From Candidatus Enterousia sp. (lineage in GTDB: Bacteria > Pseudomonadota > Alphaproteobacteria > Rs-D84), in NCBI GenBank assembly GCA_045617905.1, contig JAZLJO010000020.1:12818-76817 (forward strand): DNA of 64,000 nt, given 5' to 3'. The notes under the pieces are model-generated. The model saw only the letters and a list, made by a program, of their open reading frames with translations. It searched no databases and had not been told where the DNA came from. The position numbers and the translations under genes were made by a program. Of the stretch, positions 46,350 to 56,099 are shown piece by piece (the first letter of the stretch is position 1; each line of letters opens with the position of its first letter).

Positions 46350-48114
46350 AGAAGTTGCCCGCGTATTTGATCGACGTGCCGCATTGTTTTTAACAGGCGG
46401 AACTGTATTGACATCGATATTAATATTGCGAATGTTACAAATGCAATTGTTTAATTACCAAGAATACACAAAAAAAAGTGAGAATAATTTATTTCGTATT
46501 CAGATAAACATGCCAGAACGCGGCAAAATACTGTCGGCATCTGGTAAACCAATTTCACGGGATGCAAAAATTTACAGAATATATATAATCCCCGAAGAAT
46601 CAAAAGATTTAAACAAATTAATTGATGAAATTACATCAGAACTAAATCTTAGTGCAAAAAAAGTAAAAAAAATACGTGAACGCATAAAAAAACAACCACG
46701 TTTTCAACCTGTATTGGTCAGTGAAAATTCAGAATGGACAAAATTAGCAAAATTACGTGCAAAAAATTTACCAGGTTTACGTATAGACAGCGGTTTTGTT
46801 CGATTATATGAACTGGGACCGGCCGGTGCACAAATATTTGGATATATAGGTTCACCTGAAAAATCTGTACCAAATGCACCGTTTTTTACAACAGGAATAA
46901 CAGGTTTAGAAAAGAAATTTAATGATCAATTAACAGGTACACTTGGACAAACCGTAATGATTACAAATGCGGTTGGACGTGTTACTGGTGAAGATAAATC
47001 ACAATATATTGCAACAATTCCTGGACAGAATTTACAAACAACCATAAAAGATAATGTTCAACGGGCATTATATGACGCATTGGTACCACATAAAGCAGGA
47101 TGCGGTGTTGCGTTGGATATAGAAACAGGCGATATATTAGCAATGGTATCTATTCCAAGTTTTGATCCAAATATATTTAGTGCCGATGACGGTGGTGAAT
47201 ACATATCACAGTTACGTCGTGATCCGGCAAATCCATTTATGAATAAAACTTTGGAAGGTTTATACCCACCAGGATCAACGTTTAAAATTGTTGTTGCACT
47301 GGCGGCATTAGAATCCGGGGCAATATCACCAAATGAAAAAATATTCTGTCCGGGCCATTGGGATTACGGTGATCACAGATACCATTGTTGGGAATCATAT
47401 GGACATGGTTGGGTTGATTTGGCTGGTGCATTAAAACATTCATGCGACACTTATTTTTATCAGGTTGCATTAAGGATTGGCATTGATTCAATTAAAGCGA
47501 TGGCCATAAAATTAGGTTTTACAGAAAAATACATGGAAGAAATAATTTCACGTGAAATGCCAGGAATAATCCCAGACAGGTATTGGAAAGAGCGTAAAAT
47601 TGGTAGTCGCTGGGTTCATGGTGATACAATTATTTCTGGTATCGGGCAGGGATTTATTTTAGCAAATTGTCTTCAATTATCAGTTATGATGGCACGCACA
47701 GCATCAAATAGAATTGTTGTTCCACGTTTAATTCATTCCGATGAAAGACAATCGTTTGCACCATTAGGTTTGCAAAAAAAGAATATAAATTATGTTTTAA
47801 TGGGCTTAGAACAAGTTACCCGCCCCGGTGGAACAGCTGCTGGCAGTGCAATAAATGTTGATGGTATGAAAATGGGCGGAAAAACTGGAACTTCACAGGT
47901 TCGCAGTATTTCTAAGGCAGAACGAGCATCCGGTGTTCTAACAAATGAACAATTAAAATGGAATATGCGAAATCATGGTTTATTCGTTGGATATGCCCCA
48001 ACAAATAAACCAAGATACGCTGTATGCGTAATAACAGAACATTCCGGTGGCAGTGGTCCTGCCGCACATGCCGCAGCCGCGGCAATGACTGAATTGTTAA
48101 AAGGACGCAAATAA
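46339..48114 (+). CDS. mrdA: penicillin-binding protein 2 (elongasome transpeptidase)
   Basis: SXXK at PGSTFKIV; C-terminal KMGGKTGTSQ (KTG). ATG 46339 is preferred over track TTG 46324. Confidence 0.9.
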   Translation: MIDKEVARVFDRRAALFLTGGTVLTSILILRMLQMQLFNYQEYTKKSENNLFRIQINMPERGKILSASGKPISRDAKIYRIYIIPEESKDLNKLIDEITSELNLSAKKVKKIRERIKKQPRFQPVLVSENSEWTKLAKLRAKNLPGLRIDSGFVRLYELGPAGAQIFGYIGSPEKSVPNAPFFTTGITGLEKKFNDQLTGTLGQTVMITNAVGRVTGEDKSQYIATIPGQNLQTTIKDNVQRALYDALVPHKAGCGVALDIETGDILAMVSIPSFDPNIFSADDGGEYISQLRRDPANPFMNKTLEGLYPPGSTFKIVVALAALESGAISPNEKIFCPGHWDYGDHRYHCWESYGHGWVDLAGALKHSCDTYFYQVALRIGIDSIKAMAIKLGFTEKYMEEIISREMPGIIPDRYWKERKIGSRWVHGDTIISGIGQGFILANCLQLSVMMARTASNRIVVPRLIHSDERQSFAPLGLQKKNINYVLMGLEQVTRPGGTAAGSAINVDGMKMGGKTGTSQVRSISKAERASGVLTNEQLKWNMRNHGLFVGYAPTNKPRYAVCVITEHSGGSGPAAHAAAAAMTELLKGRK

Positions 48115-48115
48115 A

Positions 48116-49261
48116 ATGTCACGTCAAACACGCGTATCAAATGCAGATAAAATGACATTTTCTGAAAAAATGGATCGTTTTTCATGGGGTACATTTATCC
48201 CTATGTTTTTGGTATTATCATTATCAATAATTGTTCTTTTTTCTGCCGGTGGTGGTGGATGGCGACCATTTGCATTATCTCAACTTAGCAAAATTGTATT
48301 AGGGTTTATTGTATTTTGTATTGCAGCATTTAGTAATATAAAAACATGGATAAAGTCTGCATATGTTATTTATGCAATCGCATTATTGATGATTGTTTTG
48401 GTAACCTTTGTTGGACATACAGGTATGGGTGCTCAACGTTGGTTAAACCTTGGTATTATACACGTCCAACCATCTGAATTTATAAAAATTGCCTTGGTGT
48501 TGGTTTTAGCAAGATATTTTGCATGGATGAATTCTGTTGAATTATCACAAATTAAAAACTATTTAATCCCATCCGTATTATTATTAATACCATTTGGATT
48601 GATTGTTATACAACCAGATTTGGGTACAGCGATGTCACTTGGAATGATTACAGTTGGAATGTTTTATATTGCCGGATTACCGAAAAAATGGTTTATTATT
48701 GCATCTATATTGGGGGTATTAGCAATGCCTGTCGTATGGTTTGGTGGACTGCATGATTATCAACGTTCACGTATCATAACATTTATTAATCCAGAAAAAG
48801 ATGCCCGTGGTGCCGGTTATCAAATAAATCAGGCAAAAATTGCATTCGGCAGTGGCGGTATTACAGGTAAAGGATACATTAATGGTTCACAAGCCCAACA
48901 ATCATTTTTACCAGAAAAACATACCGATTTTATATTTACAATGTTAGGAGAAGAATTTGGATTTATAGGTGCTTTTTCGTTGTTAACATTGTATACAATC
49001 ATCATTCTTGTTCTATTTTGGTGTGCAAAAACGTGCAGGAACCGATTTGGACAATTAGTATGCATTGGTTTTATGTTGAACTTTTTCATTTATTATTTTA
49101 TAAATATATCCATGGTTTTGGGACTGATGCCAACAGTTGGAGTGCCGTTGCCATTAATGTCATTTGGCGGCAGTAGTCTTTTATCACTGATGTTTGGATT
49201 CGGTTTATGCCAAAACGCACATATTCACAAAGACCAACAATTATCCGCAAAAGGAAGTTAA
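48116..49261 (+). CDS. rodA: SEDS peptidoglycan polymerase RodA
   Basis: FtsW/RodA/SpoVE family pattern (HVQPSEFIKIALVL, QPDLGTA, LPEKHTDFIF, PLPLMSFGGSS). Follows mrdA. Confidence 0.9.
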   Translation: MSRQTRVSNADKMTFSEKMDRFSWGTFIPMFLVLSLSIIVLFSAGGGGWRPFALSQLSKIVLGFIVFCIAAFSNIKTWIKSAYVIYAIALLMIVLVTFVGHTGMGAQRWLNLGIIHVQPSEFIKIALVLVLARYFAWMNSVELSQIKNYLIPSVLLLIPFGLIVIQPDLGTAMSLGMITVGMFYIAGLPKKWFIIASILGVLAMPVVWFGGLHDYQRSRIITFINPEKDARGAGYQINQAKIAFGSGGITGKGYINGSQAQQSFLPEKHTDFIFTMLGEEFGFIGAFSLLTLYTIIILVLFWCAKTCRNRFGQLVCIGFMLNFFIYYFINISMVLGLMPTVGVPLPLMSFGGSSLLSLMFGFGLCQNAHIHKDQQLSAKGS

Positions 49262-49264
49262 ATT

Positions 49265-51544
49265 ATGAATCTATTGATTGTTGAATCACCGTCCAAAGCA
49301 AAAACAATTGAAAAATATTTGGGAAGTGGGTGGCGTGTTATCGCATCTGTTGGTCATGTTCGTGATTTGGTTCCAGAAAATGGCAGTGTTGATACAGAAA
49401 ATAACTTTGCTATGCGTTGGCAAATAATGCCTGGTAAAGAAAAACAAATTAAATTAATCATAGATGAATTAAAAAAAGCAGATAATGTTTATTTGGCGTC
49501 TGACCCTGATAGAGAAGGTGAAGCTATAGCCTGGCATATATTGGATATATTGAAATCAAAAAAGGTTTTAGCCAATAAAAATGTTTATCGGGTTGCATTT
49601 CACGAAATAACAAAAAAAGCGGTACAAAACGCAATTGAGCATCCACGTGAAATCGATTTAAATCTGGTTGATGCATACATGGTTAGACGTGCATTAGATT
49701 ATTTAATTGGTTTTGGTATATCGCCATTATTATGGCGTCGCAATTTGGGTAAATCCGCCGGTCGTGTACAATCTGTGGCAGTAAAACTGGTTGTTGATCG
49801 TGAGCGTGAAATTGAATCATTTACCCCCATTGAATATTGGTCACTAGATGCCGAATGTATCGCAAATAACACAACATTTTCCGCAATGTTATCTAAATTC
49901 AATGGCAACAAAATAGATAAGATGTCCATATCAACCAATGATCAAATGAATAACATTTTATCAACAATTGGAAAACCAGCAATTATTGGAAAAATATTAT
50001 CTGTGGACAAGAAAAAAACATCCAGACATGCAGCAGCACCGTTTACAACCAGTACTTTACAACAAGAAGCCGCACGTAAATTATTTTTTTCATCAAAAAG
50101 AACTATGTCAGCGGCACAAAAATTATATGAACAGGGTTTAATTACATATATGCGAACTGATGCAACGAATTTATCAGCTGATGCTGTAAATGATATTCGT
50201 AATTATATCTCAGATGAATATGGTGATAAATTTATCCCCAAAACACCAAATATATATATAACGAAATCAAAAAATGCCCAGGAAGCACACGAAGCAATTC
50301 GTCCGACACATTTTGACGGATCTGTTAACAATTTATCTGGTGATGAAGAAAAATTATATAACCTTATCTGGAAACGAACCATAGCATGCCAAATGTCAAA
50401 TGCAGAATTTGACAGCGTATCTGTTGATATTGAAACAGAAAATAAATCTGGGGTTTTTCATGCGGTTGGAACAACCAGAACATTTGATGGCTTTATGCGT
50501 GTATATATTGAAGATAAAGACGATTCTACTGATTCTGATACATCTATATTACCGCCATTATCTGTTGGTGATAATGTTAGTATAACAAAACTTATACCGG
50601 AACAACATTTTACACAGCCACCCGCACGTTTTACCGAAGCATCACTGGTAAAAAAGTTAGAAGAATTAGGAATAGGGCGCCCATCAACATACGCGACAAT
50701 TATGTCAACGATTGTTGATAGGAAATATGTTGAACAAGATAAACAACGCAGGTTTCACCCAACACCAGGAGGCTGGGTAATTTCTGCATATCTATCAAAG
50801 TATTTTGCAGATTTGGTAGACGTGAATTTTACAGCAAAAACAGAAGACACTTTAGATGATGTCTCAAATGGAAAACAGGAACGACTTGCCGCATTAGAAA
50901 ATTTTTGGATTCCTACAAATACAATGATTTCAGGGGCACGTGATGTAAAAACAACAGAAATTATTGATACAATTAATAATATTATGAATTTACACTTATT
51001 CCCAGATGGAAATAATAAATGTCCAAAGTGTGGTGGAAAACTTGGAATAAAATTATCAAAATTTGGTGCATTTGTTGGGTGCGAAAATTATCCAGATTGT
51101 GATTATACACGCCATTTATCTGATACTGTAAAAAATGAAAATATTACAGATGAATCCGGTACACCAACAAAGCCGTCACAAACATCTGTTGATTTAGGTA
51201 ATGGCATATCATTTCGTATTGGACGTTTTGGCCCATATGTAACAAACGGTGAAAAAAACGTTCCAGCTAAACAATATACAGCCGAAACAATAACTATAGA
51301 TATTGCCAATGAATTATTGTCTGGTATATCGAAAAAAGCAGATCCTATTGAAATAGGTATAAATCCTGCAACAAAACAAATGATTTATTTTTATCCAACA
51401 GGTAGATATGGTGCATACATTTCATCAAACAAAGTCAATGTCAGCGTTAAAGAACAACCGAACATAGAAACGGCCATAGATTTAATAAATAATAAAAAGC
51501 CGTCAAATCGTTCGACAAAATTTAAACATAAAACAGAAAAATAA
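49265..51544 (+). CDS. topA: DNA topoisomerase I
   Basis: TOPRIM LLIVESPSKAKTIEKYLG, DPDREGEAIAWH, the active-site region ITYMRTD, and C-terminal Zn ribbon CPKCGG...CENYPDC. Confidence 0.95.
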   Translation: MNLLIVESPSKAKTIEKYLGSGWRVIASVGHVRDLVPENGSVDTENNFAMRWQIMPGKEKQIKLIIDELKKADNVYLASDPDREGEAIAWHILDILKSKKVLANKNVYRVAFHEITKKAVQNAIEHPREIDLNLVDAYMVRRALDYLIGFGISPLLWRRNLGKSAGRVQSVAVKLVVDREREIESFTPIEYWSLDAECIANNTTFSAMLSKFNGNKIDKMSISTNDQMNNILSTIGKPAIIGKILSVDKKKTSRHAAAPFTTSTLQQEAARKLFFSSKRTMSAAQKLYEQGLITYMRTDATNLSADAVNDIRNYISDEYGDKFIPKTPNIYITKSKNAQEAHEAIRPTHFDGSVNNLSGDEEKLYNLIWKRTIACQMSNAEFDSVSVDIETENKSGVFHAVGTTRTFDGFMRVYIEDKDDSTDSDTSILPPLSVGDNVSITKLIPEQHFTQPPARFTEASLVKKLEELGIGRPSTYATIMSTIVDRKYVEQDKQRRFHPTPGGWVISAYLSKYFADLVDVNFTAKTEDTLDDVSNGKQERLAALENFWIPTNTMISGARDVKTTEIIDTINNIMNLHLFPDGNNKCPKCGGKLGIKLSKFGAFVGCENYPDCDYTRHLSDTVKNENITDESGTPTKPSQTSVDLGNGISFRIGRFGPYVTNGEKNVPAKQYTAETITIDIANELLSGISKKADPIEIGINPATKQMIYFYPTGRYGAYISSNKVNVSVKEQPNIETAIDLINNKKPSNRSTKFKHKTEK

Positions 51545-53178
51545 TGGCATCGTCAAAATATGGATATTCATCAAATTTTACAGACGATTTGCGTGCACGC
51601 CTATCTATTGTTGACGTTGTTGGTCGTCGTATTCCATTAACAAAAAAGGGACAAAATTATTGGGGATGTTGCCCATTTCATAATGAAAAAACCCCAAGTT
51701 TTTCTGTAAACGAAGAAAAAGGGTTCTATCACTGTTTTGGTTGTGGTGAACACGGAGATATTATTTCTTTTACAATGAAATCTGAAAATTTAGATTTCCG
51801 TGCCGCAATAGCAGAACTTGCCGATATTGCCGGCTTAAAAATGCCAGAATATAAGCCAAAACCGGCCGCTCAGCTTGCCCGTGAAGAATCATATTTTCAA
51901 ATTATGAAAAATGCTGCGGATATATACAGCCAATATTTATATTCACCAGATGGCGCACATGCATTGGAATACATACGTAGTCGTGGTTTTAACGATGAAA
52001 TGATAAAAAAATACCATATTGGATATGCGCCAAAAAATAATATTATTTCAACAAAATTTATTAATTCAAAACAAGATACATTAATTGCAACCGGTCTTTG
52101 CCGCCGTGGTGATTACGGTATGTACGATTTTTTTCGTGACAAATTGATGTTCCCTATATTTTCTGCCACCGGTCAAATAGTTGCATTTTCTGGACGTTCT
52201 TTGGATGGAAGTGAACCAAAATATATAAATACATCCGATACAGAAATATTTCATAAACGACAAACAATATTTGGATTAAATTTTGCACGTGATGCAATAC
52301 ATCGTGCAAATCGCAGCATTATTGTCGAAGGTCAAATAGATGCCATACAAATGCAATACAACGGTTTTGGTGAAACTGTTGCCCCATTGGGAACAGCATT
52401 AACAGAAGAACATATTGCAATATTATGTAAATCGAATCGAAATATAACATTTTGTTTTGATGGTGATGGGGCGGGCCAAAAAGCAGCCGCCCGTGCTGCG
52501 AATATTGTAATGCCGTTTGTACGCGATAATTCTGAAATAAAATTTGCATTTGTGACCGGTGGCAAAGACCCAGATGAAGTTTTAAAAAAATCCGGTCCCG
52601 ATGTAATGCGAAAAATTATTGATAACGCAACAAGTTTGGTAGACTTTTTATGGGAAATAACAAATAAAAATTATAATACATCAACACCAGGCGGCAGAAC
52701 ACAAGCAGAAAAATTTTTAAACGATTTGATAAACAAAATTACAGATAATAATCTGCGTCGTGAATATAATCACGAATATAATGCCAAAAAATTTAATAAT
52801 TGGCATAAATGGAAAAAAAATACAGAAAACACGCCGGAAATAAAATTACCAGAAATTGATTTATTAGCACAAAATACGTTAATATATATAGTAAATAAAT
52901 TTCCAGAAGTTGCTGAAAGATATTGCGATTTTTTATCAACATTAAACATAAACTATGATAATGAATCTATATCTGATTTGAATTTTGACCAATCATCTGC
53001 CGAAAAATTCATAGTTTCATTAAAAATAAAAAAATATTTAGAAAAATTAAACAATCAAAAAAAAGAAATGGTTATTGCCGGTTTATCTGGTGATTCATCT
53101 GTAATAGAAAAAATAACACAAATTGATAATGAAATAAATAAATCTGTAAAAAAATTAGAAGATTTATCATCAATTTAA
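51544..53178 (+). CDS. dnaG: DNA primase
   Basis: Zn finger CPFHNEKTPSFSVNEEKGFYHCFGCGEHGD and TOPRIM VEGQIDAI..DGDGAGQKAA. Confidence 0.95.
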   Translation: MASSKYGYSSNFTDDLRARLSIVDVVGRRIPLTKKGQNYWGCCPFHNEKTPSFSVNEEKGFYHCFGCGEHGDIISFTMKSENLDFRAAIAELADIAGLKMPEYKPKPAAQLAREESYFQIMKNAADIYSQYLYSPDGAHALEYIRSRGFNDEMIKKYHIGYAPKNNIISTKFINSKQDTLIATGLCRRGDYGMYDFFRDKLMFPIFSATGQIVAFSGRSLDGSEPKYINTSDTEIFHKRQTIFGLNFARDAIHRANRSIIVEGQIDAIQMQYNGFGETVAPLGTALTEEHIAILCKSNRNITFCFDGDGAGQKAAARAANIVMPFVRDNSEIKFAFVTGGKDPDEVLKKSGPDVMRKIIDNATSLVDFLWEITNKNYNTSTPGGRTQAEKFLNDLINKITDNNLRREYNHEYNAKKFNNWHKWKKNTENTPEIKLPEIDLLAQNTLIYIVNKFPEVAERYCDFLSTLNINYDNESISDLNFDQSSAEKFIVSLKIKKYLEKLNNQKKEMVIAGLSGDSSVIEKITQIDNEINKSVKKLEDLSSI

Positions 53179-53179
53179 A

Positions 53180-53458
53180 ATGAATAATTTAATCAAAAAT
53201 ATTAATTTAATCCACACAACTGAAATGGGATATCAAAGAATCATTAAAAATATCGGTGTTTTTGATACAAATATACAAAAAAACCGGGAATTAATTTTGA
53301 ATTTTTGTAAACAAATTGTAAAAAATTCAAAATCAAAAACTATAATTATCGGTAAAAATTATTATATTTCAAATAACAATATCACACTAACTATAAACAG
53401 ACACAGTTTTACAATTATTACCGCAAAAAATACCGGCAATTTTAACAAAATTGTATAA
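53180..53458 (+). CDS. DUF3781-like small protein
   Basis: IHTTEMGYQRIIKNI...GKNYYI...LTINRHSFTIITA matches my memory of the DUF3781 pattern. Confidence 0.5.
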   Translation: MNNLIKNINLIHTTEMGYQRIIKNIGVFDTNIQKNRELILNFCKQIVKNSKSKTIIIGKNYYISNNNITLTINRHSFTIITAKNTGNFNKIV

Positions 53459-53480
53459 AAAAGCCGGTATTTTAATTTTT

Positions 53481-54560
53481 TTATTTATTAAACAAAAAAT
53501 GGCAAATATCACCATCCTGCATAACGTATTCTTTACCAACTAAACGCATTTTGCCGGCTTCTTTTACTGCAACCTCTCCACCTAATTCTATATAATCTGA
53601 TGGTGAAATTATTTCTGCACGAATAAATCCCTTTTCAAAATCTGTATGAATTTTACCAGCTGCCTGTGGTGCAGTCATACCACGGGTTATTGTCCATGCA
53701 TGTGCTTCTTTTGGACCAACTGTATAAAATGTTTGTAAACCTAATGTTTCGTATCCAGTTTTTATAACCTGATCTAAACCTGATTGATTCAAGCCCAACT
53801 CATTTAAAAACATTTTACGTTCATCTGTATCAACAATTTGCGCAATTTCCATTTCTATTTTTGAAGAAATAACCAATACCGCATTAGTATTACCAAATTT
53901 TTGTTTAACCATATCCGAATAAATATTTCCGGTTGCGGCAGATTTTTCTTCAACGTTACACACATAAATGACCGGTTTAGCTGTTAACAAATTAAATGGG
54001 GATGCTTCGACATCAGATTTCCGTGCCGGTATTCCATTTTCTAAATCACTTTTTATCTTATTAGCATCAGCCAATAATTTTATAGCAACCTTATCTAATC
54101 CGTGAGCTTTTTTTTCCAAATTCTTAATTTGTTTTTCTAAACTTTCCAAATCAGCCAAAGCTAATTCTGTTTCAATTGTATCAATATCTGATATAGGATC
54201 TATTTTTCCATTAACGTGAACTATATCATCATTTTCAAAACAACGCACAACGTGAATAATTGCATCAGTTGATAAAATATTTCCCAAGAATTTATTTCCT
54301 AACCCTTCACCAGATGATGCCCCCTTAACCAAACCGGCAATATCAACAATTTCTAATTGGGTTGGTATAATTTTTGCAGAATTATCAACAGCAGCCAAAT
54401 TTAACAACGTTTCATCAGGGACAACTACACGTCCTGTATTCGGTTCAATCGTACAAAACGGATAATTTTGTGCATCAGCCGCCGCACTTTGTGTTAACGC
54501 ATTAAATAACGTAGACTTTCCAACGTTTGGTAAACCAACAATTCCACAATTGAATCCCAT
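53481..54560 (-). CDS. ychF: ribosome-binding ATPase YchF
   Basis: GIVGLPNVGKSTLFNALT, and a C-terminal TGS-like domain ending ..YVMQDGDICHFLFN. Confidence 0.95.
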   Translation of the reverse strand: MGFNCGIVGLPNVGKSTLFNALTQSAAADAQNYPFCTIEPNTGRVVVPDETLLNLAAVDNSAKIIPTQLEIVDIAGLVKGASSGEGLGNKFLGNILSTDAIIHVVRCFENDDIVHVNGKIDPISDIDTIETELALADLESLEKQIKNLEKKAHGLDKVAIKLLADANKIKSDLENGIPARKSDVEASPFNLLTAKPVIYVCNVEEKSAATGNIYSDMVKQKFGNTNAVLVISSKIEMEIAQIVDTDERKMFLNELGLNQSGLDQVIKTGYETLGLQTFYTVGPKEAHAWTITRGMTAPQAAGKIHTDFEKGFIRAEIISPSDYIELGGEVAVKEAGKMRLVGKEYVMQDGDICHFLFNK

Positions 54561-54578
54561 TTATAAATCCTTTATAAT

Positions 54579-55268
54579 GTGATTAATATGTCACACATAT
54601 GGAATGAATTCAACATAAAAACATTTCCTGCGGAAACAATTGTTTTCCGCAATGGTATATATTGTCCAGAATCATCAACACTAAAAAATACAATTATTGA
54701 TTGTAATTACGATAAACCAGTACATATAGTATATATTGGTGAAGTATTTGGTAAAAATACACTAGATATAAATATCATTGTCCAAAATCAACCAGTATAT
54801 TTAAGTATGAATATAAAAAATAATACAGATGCAAAAATATATCTAAAAATTAATAACCACGGTAAAAATTCAGAATTTCGTGGACATGTTATGTTAGAAA
54901 ATTCGAAGAATTTAACATTTGATTGCACAGGTATTCATGATTGTTCAAATACAACAATTTTATTAAAAGCAAAACTAATTGCAAATACCAACAGTAATTC
55001 AAAATTAACTGGTAATTCAATAATTTCACCAAATACAGAAAATGTAATAAACGATATCGGTTTTTCAGCAATAACGACAAAAAATGCAAAAATAGAATTT
55101 AATCCAAACCAGCATATATCATCAATACCCAAATCAGCTGATCACAGTGCGTCAATAAATAATCTGTCTGGATTTCAAATTCAATTTTTACATAATTCCG
55201 GTTTATCTGATCAAGAAATCGATACCATAAAACGCGAAGCTTTCAAAAACGACTTTTCTCTATTTTAA
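54579..55268 (+). CDS. SufB/SufD-like beta-helix protein (stand-alone, divergent)
   Basis: C-terminal ..ADHSASINNLSGFQIQFLHNSGLSDQEIDTIKREAF resembles the SufBD motif [21 protein letters not shown]. No other suf genes are nearby. GTG 54579 or ATG 54588. Confidence 0.45.
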   Translation: MINMSHIWNEFNIKTFPAETIVFRNGIYCPESSTLKNTIIDCNYDKPVHIVYIGEVFGKNTLDINIIVQNQPVYLSMNIKNNTDAKIYLKINNHGKNSEFRGHVMLENSKNLTFDCTGIHDCSNTTILLKAKLIANTNSNSKLTGNSIISPNTENVINDIGFSAITTKNAKIEFNPNQHISSIPKSADHSASINNLSGFQIQFLHNSGLSDQEIDTIKREAFKNDFSLF

Positions 55269-55352
55269 TACATAATTATTAAAAAAACCGACACTAACGT
55301 GCCGGCATAAAAGACAAAATCAATATTATAACAATATATAATATATGATCTA

Positions 55353-55487
55353 TTATTTCTTTTTGAACCCCTGTTTGGCCTTGAACTTAGGATTTTCAGG
55401 GTCGATTAAAATAACCTGTTTTCCACGGCGAATTTGTTTAACGTTACCGCGTTTTTTCCAAGCCTTTAAAGAACTTAAAAATTTCAT
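55353..55487 (-). CDS. rpmJ: 50S ribosomal protein L36, Zn-independent (YkgO-like) type
   Basis: Hand translation MKFLSSLKAWKKRGNVKQIRRGKQVILIDPENPKFKAKQGFKKK (44 aa, no Cys). Below the track cutoff. Opposite the spurious + ORF 55345-55530. Confidence 0.8.
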   Translation of the reverse strand: MKFLSSLKAWKKRGNVKQIRRGKQVILIDPENPKFKAKQGFKKK

Positions 55488-55747
55488 ATTTGGATCCTTT
55501 TTGCCTTGGCATTATAAACGCTTTTTATAAAAAATCAAATTAATATTATATTTTTTGTTGTTATTGTTGGGATTGTTCATTTTGTTGATAATACTTTTCA
55601 TTTATTTATAAACAGTTTTTCAACAATTTTTTATATAATTTAAGGCATTTTTATTAAATTTGTTAAAAAACTGTGTATTTTATAAACATGTTAAAAAATA
55701 TATCTTTTTTTACAAAATTAACCAAATTTTGAAAAAAATTTTTATGC

Positions 55748-55776
55748 TTGTTGAAAAATGTCGAAATTGGTATAAT
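55748..55776 (+). promoter_or_regulatory. sigma-70-type promoter with extended -10 upstream of virB3
   Basis: TTGTTG (55748-53), a 17-nt spacer, then TGgTATAAT (55768-76). GGGGGG SD at 55791 and ATG at 55808. Confidence 0.5.
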
Positions 55777-55807
55777 TCAAACATTAACAGGGGGGGATTT
55801 TACAATT

Positions 55808-56098
55808 ATGCGACAACCAGTACTGAAAGCATTGGCAAATCCAGCACGTATATTTTTTGTACCGTACACGTTGGCGGTGTTGAATTTTGCAGTTCAGTTT
55901 TTGGTATTTATTATTGTTATGGTATCGGAATTAATATTATGGCATGAAGCACCAAACCCACTTTGGTTTTTGTTATCAGTTATAGGTGTTCATTTAATAC
56001 TGATGCCATTTGCAAAACGTGATCCACAATTGGGACAGATTTTGGCATCAAAATTCCAACTGTTTAAACAAAAAATCCCGGGGAGATTAATTGCATAA
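55808..56098 (+). CDS. virB3: type IV secretion system protein VirB3
   Basis: MRQPVLKALANPARIFFVPYTLAVLNF.. followed by two TM helices, the VirB3/TrbD pattern. Start taken at the ATG after the SD, not track 55748. Confidence 0.8.
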   Translation: MRQPVLKALANPARIFFVPYTLAVLNFAVQFLVFIIVMVSELILWHEAPNPLWFLLSVIGVHLILMPFAKRDPQLGQILASKFQLFKQKIPGRLIA

Positions 56099-56099
56099 C

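Noticed and set aside
55345-55947. ORFs 55345-55530(+) and 55660-55947(+), considered as a possible virB2 pilin.
   Set aside because: The first is the antisense of rpmJ. The second is an AT-rich frame overlapping the virB3 promoter and start. It lacks the signal peptide plus two hydrophobic helices expected of VirB2.
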